Positions 9,501-16,282 are shown, numbered from the stretch's first letter. The stretch is DNA of 51,699 bases from Candidatus Woesearchaeota archaeon (GCA_016188145.1 JACPIJ010000060.1:1-51699), one strand, 5' to 3'. Notes: a model not told the origin generated them from the letters alone. Numbers and translations: made by a program.

Positions 9501-9697
9501 TCTGTTCTGTGTTCACTCTTTGCGGCTGCAGGTGATTCGCTTGCTTTTTTTTTAAAGAACGAGAGAACCTTGCCGAAGTTAAAGTTTATCTCAATGTCTT
9601 TCTCGTCTTTTTCTTCCGGGTGGGCGTCCCTTACTACCTCTTTGCCTTCCCCGAAGCCCTTTTCTTTTGCGTGCTCGTCTTTCCTGTCTTCAGCCAT
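6533..9697 (-). CDS. aglB: archaeal oligosaccharyltransferase AglB (STT3 family) with a long charged N-terminal extension
   Basis: 1054 aa. A multi-TM N-terminal half is followed by the catalytic WWDFG variant of WWDYG (ITSWWDFGHHFKS) and a large soluble C-terminal domain. About 140 Lys/Glu-rich residues precede the first TM helix. Confidence 0.9.
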   Translation of the reverse strand: MAEDRKDEHAKEKGFGEGKEVVRDAHPEEKDEKDIEINFNFGKVLSFFKKKASESPAAAKSEHRTEHHGSRSAEAEGKKEGEEAEIDIGRLASGIKGLFRVKREGKEKEKGEKPHGVTEGDEVSLDFNSIAEFLRKKGSVILPILGILIVIGLTADVRTQPSQLRFAEDWASNSVYNTMQNDIQGAINAQYPNLPDKRKSQILADEMNKARSSKTYIFKTGQYAGQQIDVSSQIKSTSEFIKDFYRDEEGRPYSPDIDPYYWNRYALNIVEKGHIGDEIRNGLEWDNHQVAPLGREISPQDYFFPYFIAYLYKFVRFFNHSVTLWEVQTMIYSVLFTSLTALLIFLIGRKIAGTVGGFFGALMAALHAAYVNRTIHGDNDQVVIFFAVLSVWLFVQAIHEHRAIWRTMLALFAGFSVALYSMAWGGWWFIFLFILSAAAAAILAGAAVSVFTQLVEGTKLSLGKTLRLILAGNVGKRFIMPTAVFFFSTAALITLFTGFNKFLETPLLALGVQTLKSPVVGASFWPNVLTTVAELNEGNFDQVVNSITPNIFWLSFLSAAMLTAVAITNFGFLKNKLKAIVPKEEKALYSVFFATLVVVWFAGTIYASTKGIRFVLLLAPMAGLGFGATLGLIFRLLMWINENFLKLNKFAAATAVFVMLATVTYSTDVTKKAYSIANNDVPIINDAWYGSLTAIQDDSKPDAIITSWWDFGHHFKSITDRRVTFDGTTQQYPPAHWVGKFFMTKNETEAAGILRMLDCGSTIAFDELNKAKNDFAATIKILYRLTATPLKQDAKTLLVLDYNLTQGQAENVLKYTHCTPPEAYVIASEDMIGKSGVWGHFGSWDFEKGIAWQTLKGKSQKEAVTAMKEMFNYSEEKAKATYNEIARIKDDREANSWIAPWPSFSGDVSGCAILASNENEQDKLVSCGNGLTVNLTTNDAYFPAQEGKVLHPISFVYMTNETGTEEFAERAYANDTVPQQLSVILVPQGEWLGSSNSYSSYYAAVASPEQAAGMFTRMFFMEGKGLKHFKLLTHNRGLTGTNVYVYKAQWDTLE

Positions 9698-9774
9698 GAA
9701 TCTGCCCCGTCAAACCCGGTGATGCAAGCTACTGCGGCAACTCAGGGCGTATTTAAATGTGTTGCGGATTTTTG

Positions 9775-9854
9775 TTTTTTGATTGACCTTTCCACATCGT
9801 CTTTTGACGATGGGACCCGTCGTGCTTGCACGACGTGGTTTAGAAAAAAGGTCA
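9775..9854 (-). repeat. hairpin + ATCAAAAAC element, long copy D (carries a two-hairpin insert)
   Basis: Outer stem TGACCTTT/AAAGGTCA encloses CCACATCGTC-TTTT-GACGATGGG and ACCCGTCGTGC-TT-GCACGACGTGGT. The TGA stop of the reductase gene is part of the outer stem. Confidence 0.85.
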
Positions 9855-11087
9855 GAACCACGCTTTTTTAGCGAAGAGCAGCAGCTTTGGCTCTCTCATC
9901 AAAAGCTTGAGCGCAAATCTTGACGGCTGGTCGCGGTCGTAGCTTTCAAGAATAGCTTTGTTCTTTTCCCTGGCGAAAGTTTCAACAAGCCTGTTGTAAT
10001 CCTCGTTGCTGAACCTTTCCATTGCCTTTCTCATGAGGAGTGAGAGGTACAGGTCCATCCCCATTCTCTTCTTCCACAGCTTTTCATAATCGGCATTTTT
10101 CGTTATCGCCTCCGCCACCGCCTCTGCCCCGATCAGGCTTTGGTTTATCCCTCCGAGCGTTGGCGCTTTCACCATTGTTGCCGCATCCCCAACAAGCAGC
10201 ACCCTGCCGTCCTTTGTTTTTGACTTTAGCCTTGGGTCATACAGTGGTATTGGGCCGGCCTGCCTACCTGCTATCTTCTTCTCGTAATCCTTGCCGGCCA
10301 CAGCTGTCAGGAACCGCTTGAAGTATTGGCTGGCTTCTTTTTTCGCGGCAATACCCACTCTTGCAATTTTCTCATTCTCGGGCACAACCCAGGCTATGCC
10401 TTCCTCGCTTGGGTAGAAGTCAATGATGTTATCGTTTTCAACCGGTATGGTTGCCTGCAGCCCGACGTAGAACTGCCTGTTTCCAAACAAGCCCGCAGAT
10501 TTTGCAACCGCGCTTATGGGCCCGTCAGCACCAACCAAATAATTGGCTTCGACGGTTTTTGTTTCGTTTTTTATTTTGTCTTTCACAGCAACCATTACTT
10601 TTCTCGTTTCCCAATTCGCTTTCGAGCGAATGGGCCCAATCGGGCTCTTCCCGATTTGTGTTTCTTTTTCACTGCCGCTGCCGCCATTATTGCCATCTTC
10701 AAACGTTTCAAACGTGTGGTTGGCAAAGAATTTTGCCCCTGCGTCTTTAGCCAATTCAGAAATGTGCCTGTCAAGCCCTGCCCTGTCTATAATAATGTCG
10801 TTCTTCAGCTTGACCTCAACAAATTCCTTATTTGGCGCAATTATCCTCGCCTTTGCAATCCTGTTGACAATTAATTCCTTCGGCAATTGCAGCCGTTGTG
10901 AAAGGACATCGCCGGTTATGACCCCTGTGCAGGCTACCGGTTCCCCTATCGTTCCATGCTCCTCAAACACCCGCACGTCCATCCCTGCTTTCGCAAGAAG
11001 GTAGGCTGAAAATCCGCCAGCTGGCCCTGCGCCAGCAATCGCTATTTTTTTGCTTTCCATATTTCCATCTCCGTTGCTGCCATGCAC
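9852..11087 (-). CDS. geranylgeranyl reductase family FAD-dependent oxidoreductase
   Basis: KIAIAGAGPAGGFSAYLLAKAGMDVRVFEE (GxGxxG), GEPVACTGVI and LLVGDAA motifs. A Gly/Ser-rich insertion of about 50 aa is present. Confidence 0.85.
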   Translation of the reverse strand: MHGSNGDGNMESKKIAIAGAGPAGGFSAYLLAKAGMDVRVFEEHGTIGEPVACTGVITGDVLSQRLQLPKELIVNRIAKARIIAPNKEFVEVKLKNDIIIDRAGLDRHISELAKDAGAKFFANHTFETFEDGNNGGSGSEKETQIGKSPIGPIRSKANWETRKVMVAVKDKIKNETKTVEANYLVGADGPISAVAKSAGLFGNRQFYVGLQATIPVENDNIIDFYPSEEGIAWVVPENEKIARVGIAAKKEASQYFKRFLTAVAGKDYEKKIAGRQAGPIPLYDPRLKSKTKDGRVLLVGDAATMVKAPTLGGINQSLIGAEAVAEAITKNADYEKLWKKRMGMDLYLSLLMRKAMERFSNEDYNRLVETFAREKNKAILESYDRDQPSRFALKLLMREPKLLLFAKKAWF

Positions 11088-11236
11088 CGCATGCAGTTTT
11101 TAATTGTTGCTGCATTTGTTGCCGCGGCCATTACGGCCTGTCGTGTTTCTATTCTAAAGTAGCGTCACTTGCAAAAACTTTAAATAATAGGTCATCCTTC
11201 GGCGTTTTTAACAGCTGTTGCTGGGGGGTTCAAAAA

Positions 11237-11599
11237 ATGGCGTCGTTCAGGCTTTTCTTCATTTCAGCGGTTCTTCTTATTGCCATCATCTCGGTCTCGG
11301 CGAATGCTGCGGCAGCCGAAAAAGCAGTCAAAATCACCAAGGTTTCGGCAGTCCAGGACTCCGAAGCGCTCGTTATTGTAAGCCTTGACTCGCAAAGGAA
11401 AAACACCGGTTCAAAGGTAACGGTTTCTGTTCCTGAGCTTGGATTAAGGGCCAGCCGCAATGTTGACTTTGCCAAGACAAACAAAAAGACAGTCCACCTT
11501 GAGATTCCTTCGCCAGACATGTTCGACCCCTACGTCAGGATAGTTTTTAGCAGCGACGGCGGCAAGAGGGTCAAGCACAGGCCGTTAATCCTGCAATAA
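11237..11599 (+). CDS. small secreted protein, single CARDB-like beta-sandwich module
   Basis: Signal peptide MASFRLFFISAVLLIAIISVSANAAAAE. The segment VSVPELGLRASRNVDF parallels VSIPELGVTATPDFVDEL in the next gene. Confidence 0.55.
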   Translation: MASFRLFFISAVLLIAIISVSANAAAAEKAVKITKVSAVQDSEALVIVSLDSQRKNTGSKVTVSVPELGLRASRNVDFAKTNKKTVHLEIPSPDMFDPYVRIVFSSDGGKRVKHRPLILQ

Positions 11600-11629
11600 T
11601 TTGACACCACTATATTTGACACCACTATA
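11600..11629. repeat. perfect tandem duplication of the 15-mer TTTGACACCACTATA
   Basis: Unit 1 is 11600-11614 and unit 2 is 11615-11629. It starts immediately after the TAA stop at 11597-11599. Confidence 0.9.
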
Positions 11630-11765
11630 TAATAGATAACAAAAGTAACTACTCTTATATGCTAAAATAGCGAAATGTTTATATAGAAGCTTCGTTTATC
11701 GGAGAAAGCATAACGCATAATTTTGTGCTAATTCAGTAGGAAATGACAGTTGGGGTGGTTTGAAA

Positions 11766-13391
11766 ATGAATATGTCCAAGAGTGTGTTTGTTGTTCTTTT
11801 GATGTCGATTGTCAGCATGCTTGTTCTGGCTTCGTCAGCACTCGCTGCCGCTCCAAAGGTTTCTTTTTCCGGCGTTCCGTCAAATGTTGTTGCCGGAACC
11901 ACGTTTGATGTAACGGTTTCAGCCGCAAACGACACTACTGCAAATCAGTTCATGCAGGTGATTACAGTGGCAAGCGACCTTGGCTGGTCAGTTTCACCCC
12001 AGTCAGTCAACTGCGGCTCTGTGCTTTCATGTGTTGCCAAATTCACCGTAACAGTTCCTTCTGGCGCAACTGTCAACCAGAAGTCAAAGCTGACTGCGCA
12101 GGTAACTACGAGCACCAGCGAGTCCGGCTCTGCAATTTCAGGGGATACAGTAGTTTCAGGCGCTCCATCGCTCGGCAACGGGGTGCCTGTCAGTGTTGAT
12201 GCTGTTGAGGTTGATAACTTCGAGCTTTCCTCTTCAGACACAAATGTCCGCGACCTGGAAAGGGGCGAGGAGTTCACGCTTAAGGTCAAGCTTACAGCAC
12301 TGGCGAATGCCAAGGACGTTGAGATAAGGGCTTTCGTTACAGGATTTGAGTTTGCAAAGAGCGAGCCAATAAGCGACTCGACAAGCCCATTCGACGTTGA
12401 GAAGGGAGTCAGCTATGTTAAAACGTTAAAGCTCAGGCTGCCTGACAGGGTTCAGGAGGACACATACAGAATAAGGGTAGTGGTTGGCGGCAGAGACAAC
12501 GATGAGCTTGTCGAAAACTTCAGGATAAAGGTAACCCCGTCAGCCCACGAGGTTGTTATCAAGGACCTTAGCGTCAACCCTGAGGACGTTATCCAGGCCG
12601 GAAGGGCTGTCCTGGCGACTGTCAGGGTGAAGAACCTTGGCGATAAGACGGAAAGGGACGTCAAGATCAGGGTCAGCATTCCTGAACTCGGTGTTACGGC
12701 AACTCCGGACTTCGTGGATGAGCTGAAGTCAGAGGATTCCGCAACTTCAGAGGAGTTTTTCCTCAGGATTGACCCGTGCGCAAAGCCGGGAACTTACGAT
12801 GTCAAGGCCGAAGTCACCTTTGAAGAGGGCGACAAGACGGTAACTGCAAAAGAGCAACTGACTGTCACAAAAGGCCCATGCGAAGCTCCGGCAGGCCCTG
12901 CATCTGTCTCGGCAGGCGGCGTTAAGATAGCTTACAGCGCTGAGCCGCAGAATGTTGAGGCTGGCGGCGCGGCTGTTGCATACCCAATAACGATTGTGAA
13001 CGAGGGCTCGGAAACAAAGAGCTACAGCCTGTCTGTAGCCGGCTCTGACTGGGCAACTGTCAAGCTCAGCCCAGGCAACATGGTCACCGTGAAGGGCGGT
13101 GACAGCCAGACTGTTTACGTGTTTGTTTCAGCCAAGGCAGGAAGCTCCGGCGGGCAGACGTTCGTAGTCAGGATCAAGGACCAGGCAGGCGACGTTGTGA
13201 AAGAGCTTCCATTGTCTGCTAATGTTGTAGCAGCAGGCGCTGGTGGCGCAGGTGCTGCCAGCCTTGCCCAGCTGTTGCAGCTTGGCCTGATTGCCCTGAT
13301 AGTCGTGCTGGTCATAGTTGGACTGGTCATGGCCTTCAGGAGAATGAAGGGCCCGGGCGAGGGCGGGGAAGGAAGCCAGACTTACTACTAA
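11766..13391 (+). CDS. sequon-poor surface (S-layer-like) protein with CARDB-like repeats and a C-terminal TM anchor
   Basis: Signal peptide, repeated beta-sandwich-like modules, and C-terminal LGLIALIVVLVIVGLVMAFRRMK. GGGGTGG sits 7 nt upstream of the ATG at 11766 (the ORF track starts at TTG 11760). Only one mature N-X-S/T sequon by my scan. Confidence 0.7.
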   Translation: MNMSKSVFVVLLMSIVSMLVLASSALAAAPKVSFSGVPSNVVAGTTFDVTVSAANDTTANQFMQVITVASDLGWSVSPQSVNCGSVLSCVAKFTVTVPSGATVNQKSKLTAQVTTSTSESGSAISGDTVVSGAPSLGNGVPVSVDAVEVDNFELSSSDTNVRDLERGEEFTLKVKLTALANAKDVEIRAFVTGFEFAKSEPISDSTSPFDVEKGVSYVKTLKLRLPDRVQEDTYRIRVVVGGRDNDELVENFRIKVTPSAHEVVIKDLSVNPEDVIQAGRAVLATVRVKNLGDKTERDVKIRVSIPELGVTATPDFVDELKSEDSATSEEFFLRIDPCAKPGTYDVKAEVTFEEGDKTVTAKEQLTVTKGPCEAPAGPASVSAGGVKIAYSAEPQNVEAGGAAVAYPITIVNEGSETKSYSLSVAGSDWATVKLSPGNMVTVKGGDSQTVYVFVSAKAGSSGGQTFVVRIKDQAGDVVKELPLSANVVAAGAGGAGAASLAQLLQLGLIALIVVLVIVGLVMAFRRMKGPGEGGEGSQTYY

Positions 13392-13576
13392 GCCCTTTTC
13401 TTTTTTCTTTTCTTTATTTTCTCTTTTTATTTAGTTTCAAGCCAGTTTGAAAATTATAAACTGTTCCACCTGTTCCACAAAACCTTTAAATAATGGAACC
13501 TATTCTAAAGTAGTAACTGATTTTGTAGACTTTGGATTAAATTTTTTTTCGTAAAATGGTCATGGGGAGGACTTGG

Positions 13577-14803
13577 ATGAAACGTGCTAACACAGGCGTT
13601 TTTGCGGCATTCCTTCTTGTTTTCTTGTTTTTGTTAGTCACTGTTATCCCTCTTCTGCTGCTCCTCTTCTCTTACGGCTTTTTGCAACTACCTAAGCTGA
13701 CTTACTATAACATCACAATCGCAGCCACCACAGGGCTTTTCATTATTCCCGTTTTCCTTGTTTTCCTCGCAGCAGTCATTGCTCTAGCAGCGAAAAGAAA
13801 AGGGGCAGCCGTTGCTGCTGGCTTAAAACCAAGGCGGGAACCTGAGCCTTATCCCTGGGAAAGTGTCTTCGGGGCAGCAGGGAAGGAGGATTTCAAGGCA
13901 GTAAAGGTAACTGCGAAAACAGCTTTTACCAGTCCTAAACCTAGCGTAACTGTCCTGGCTGTTGCTGCCGTTATTGTGGCAGCGACTGTTGTTTTCTTTG
14001 TAATGGTGGTGCCAACAGCAAAGGACGTGTTCACAGGAGGTGGCAAAGGCTCAAATTTGACTGTCCTGGCGAACTTAAGCGCTGGCATCTCAGATAACGT
14101 CGTGAAAAATGAAAGCGCAAGCTCGCTTTTCCAGTTTTTTAAGGCAAAATTAAGTAATTTAAGAAAAACAAACATGACTGGCCTGGCAGAAGAGGCAAGG
14201 ATAGCCGAAGCAAAAAAGCTGGCTGAACTGGAAAAGGCAAAGCAAAAGCAGGAAAAGGAAGCAAAGCAGAAGGAACAAAAGGCTTCATCTTTTTCAGCTT
14301 TGGCAGCGAAATTCAATGCTGTTAAGGCTGCAGCAGTGAAGGTGTCTGCGTTTTGGCCTTATGCCCTTGCCGGGATTAGCATGCTGGTGATGCTTGCTGG
14401 TGGTTTTTATTTTTACAGGGCAAAAAAGGTTAAGCCCGCTGCGGAATGGGTCAGAACATGCGTGGCTGACTCTGCCGGCTGGCTTGCCGTGCTTTTTTCT
14501 GACGTGAAAAGAAACGGCCTGAAGCTTCTGATAATTGCAGCTGTGGTTTTGGCTGCAGCCTTGGCTTTCGTGTTCAGAAGCTGGCTTAAGGCCAAATTGC
14601 CGGCTTTTTCCAAAGTTGCCGTGCCTGTTCTTGCGGCTATCCGCGAATCAGCCATTAGCTTTTTTTACGCGGCAAGAAACTTTCTTCTGGCTTACAGGAT
14701 TTACATCCTGATTGGCATAGCTGTGCTTCTGGTGATTTTTGGGATTCTTTTTGTGCTTGAACGCAAAGGGAAAGAAGCAGGAACACCCAAATCAAAAACC
14801 TAG
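13577..14803 (+). CDS. hypothetical membrane protein with a Lys/Ala-rich coiled-coil segment
   Basis: Several TM helices flank AEEARIAEAKKLAELEKAKQKQEKEAKQKEQK. A GGGGAGG Shine-Dalgarno lies 7 nt upstream of the ATG at 13577 (the ORF track starts at 13556). Confidence 0.55.
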   Translation: MKRANTGVFAAFLLVFLFLLVTVIPLLLLLFSYGFLQLPKLTYYNITIAATTGLFIIPVFLVFLAAVIALAAKRKGAAVAAGLKPRREPEPYPWESVFGAAGKEDFKAVKVTAKTAFTSPKPSVTVLAVAAVIVAATVVFFVMVVPTAKDVFTGGGKGSNLTVLANLSAGISDNVVKNESASSLFQFFKAKLSNLRKTNMTGLAEEARIAEAKKLAELEKAKQKQEKEAKQKEQKASSFSALAAKFNAVKAAAVKVSAFWPYALAGISMLVMLAGGFYFYRAKKVKPAAEWVRTCVADSAGWLAVLFSDVKRNGLKLLIIAAVVLAAALAFVFRSWLKAKLPAFSKVAVPVLAAIRESAISFFYAARNFLLAYRIYILIGIAVLLVIFGILFVLERKGKEAGTPKSKT

Positions 14804-15954
14804 CCTGCAATGGCCTTGGCTGCAGTAATCACGGCATAGATTATCCCGAACAGGAACATAAATGCAAGAGCAATTGCCACAAGCCTTGGCATGTTGATTG
14901 CGTATTCCGGTTTTACCTCAGCCTTTTTCTTCTTCGCGGCAATATGCATTGCTACCAGCAGGATTCCTTCTATGCCGCCAGCCACTGCACCTGCAACTCC
15001 CAGCACGGCAATGAAGTTCTTCAAGCCGAGAAGGAAAGCCAGCAGGGGGATGAAGCATGTCAGTGCCCACGCGGTCTTCCTTTTAAGCCTGTAGTCATAA
15101 ACGTACATCTCCTTTAGCGCAAGCCCAAGTGCTATGAACGAAGTGCTCATTGCCAGCACTGCAAAAAGGTTTGCGAACAGAATCATTCTTTCCCCAAGCA
15201 TTTTGCCAATGGTTACAGTTGCCAGCTGGCCTGTTGCTGCGCCGCTTATTCCAACAACAGCCACAGCAAAGAGCGAATAAAGCACTATGGGCACAAGCCC
15301 TCCCAATATTATTGCCCTTTTGAGAAGCTTTCTGGCTTTTCCGCTTCCGAGCTCTTCCCTCATTTCTGGTATGGCAACCGCTCCCAGAAAGGCAAATAGC
15401 ACGACACCATACGGCACAAACAGGTTTTGTATGCTTGTTCCAGTGAAGTTCGCCGCAGAGAACCTGCCTGAGTTTGCAGCGACTACTATTATAATAGATA
15501 TAACGGCAATGGTTAAAAAAGACAGCAGCAGCTCGGATTCCTCAACAGCCTTCAGCCCGAAGTATACTATTGCCGAGGCAGCTGCAAAAAAGATAATGCT
15601 CCAGAAAAATGGCGTGAGCTGGGGGTTTATGGCGTTAAGGGCATTCCCCGCTCCTATAATGTAGGCGAGCAGGGCTCCGTAGATGCCAAAAACCATTGCA
15701 AGCGCCATGAGCCTCTTGCCATTCTTGCCAAGATATTTTTCCGCATAGCCTGTCAGCTGGTGGTTTCCTTTGGTTCTAAGCACCACCTCCCCAAGCAGCA
15801 GGTTGACCAGCATCACGGCAGCGCCTATTATAATAATGTGCAGCAGCCCAACAGCCAAGCCTGACTTGGCAACAACATATGGTATGCCCAGCACACCGGC
15901 TCCGATTGTGGTGCCGACAAGCGTTGCGACTGCCTCAAGGAACCTCTTTTTCAT
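14800..15954 (-). CDS. amino acid permease (Trp/Tyr permease / AAAP-like family)
   Basis: 384 aa with about 11 TM helices. The N-terminus EAVATLVGTTIGAGVLGIPYVVAKSG is typical of this transporter family. Confidence 0.75.
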   Translation of the reverse strand: MKKRFLEAVATLVGTTIGAGVLGIPYVVAKSGLAVGLLHIIIIGAAVMLVNLLLGEVVLRTKGNHQLTGYAEKYLGKNGKRLMALAMVFGIYGALLAYIIGAGNALNAINPQLTPFFWSIIFFAAASAIVYFGLKAVEESELLLSFLTIAVISIIIVVAANSGRFSAANFTGTSIQNLFVPYGVVLFAFLGAVAIPEMREELGSGKARKLLKRAIILGGLVPIVLYSLFAVAVVGISGAATGQLATVTIGKMLGERMILFANLFAVLAMSTSFIALGLALKEMYVYDYRLKRKTAWALTCFIPLLAFLLGLKNFIAVLGVAGAVAGGIEGILLVAMHIAAKKKKAEVKPEYAINMPRLVAIALAFMFLFGIIYAVITAAKAIAG

Positions 15955-15977
15955 ACATTATTACCCGCATCTAAACA

Positions 15978-15985
15978 TTTAAATA
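15978..15985. promoter_or_regulatory. shared, near-palindromic TATA box (TTTAAATA) for the divergent permease gene and tRNA-Trp
   Basis: It lies 24 nt from the permease ATG (15954) and 26 nt from the tRNA 5' end (16012). TTTAAATA-type boxes recur about 25 nt upstream of many starts in the window. Confidence 0.6.
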
Positions 15986-16011
15986 TGTTGCTGCAAAGCC
16001 TTAAATCCTGT

Positions 16012-16231
16012 GGGGATGTAGTATAAACACCCGCGGCTCTTGAGTAGTGCTGCGGGATGGTACAGCCCGGCATTATGGGGGCCTCCAGCGATTGGAGAAC
16101 TGAGCCAACGGCAAACCGAAGGCGATGACCGACCCATAGTAGAAAGCCTCGGATCTGGGTTCAAATGACCTTTTTTTTGCGAAAAATGTCAATCAAAAAA
16201 CGCAAGAAGGCTGAAGGTCCCAGCATCCCCA
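16012..16231 (+). tRNA. tRNA-Trp(CCA) interrupted by three introns (D-arm, canonical 37/38, T-loop)
   Basis: Exons 16012-16024, 16064-16088, 16145-16166 and 16219-16231 join to a 73-nt cloverleaf: GGGGAUG-UA-GUAU-AGCCCGGCA-UUAU-G-GGGGC-CUCCAGA-GCCUC-GGAU-CUGGG-UUCAAAU-CCCAG-CAUCCCC-A. The acceptor stem is a perfect 7 bp and the T-stem a perfect 5 bp. The D-loop has A14, G18G19 and A21. A TATA box lies upstream and a T7 run downstream. The first intron boundary is ambiguous between 9/10 and 13/14 because of the GTAT/GTAC duplication. Confidence 0.8.
16166..16200 (+). repeat. hairpin + ATCAAAAAC element, copy F, inside the tRNA-Trp T-loop intron
   Basis: TGACCTTTTTTTTGCGAAAAATGTCAATCAAAAAACG aligns with the minus strand of copy C (TGACCTTTTTAGAAAAAAGGTCAATCAAAAACG). 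The similarity continues into CGCAAGAAGG versus CGAATAAGG. Confidence 0.7.
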
Positions 16232-16282
16232 CCTTTTTTTCCAAAAAGCTTATATAGTGCTTTTGCCTTTACAAAGTTCAGC

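Noticed and set aside
15979-16164. 61-aa minus-strand ORF in the ORF track.
   Set aside because: It lies entirely antisense to the tRNA-Trp gene and its introns, has no promoter or Shine-Dalgarno, and has a Pro/Ser/Gly-rich low-complexity product.
16012-16231. Alternative readings of the 16012-16170 region as an SRP RNA, RNase P RNA fragment or split/permuted tRNA half.
   Set aside because: None of the SRP or RNase P signature motifs are present. Once the CCCAG-CATCCCC-A segment at 16219-16231 is included, a complete 73-nt cloverleaf with three introns accounts for the whole locus.
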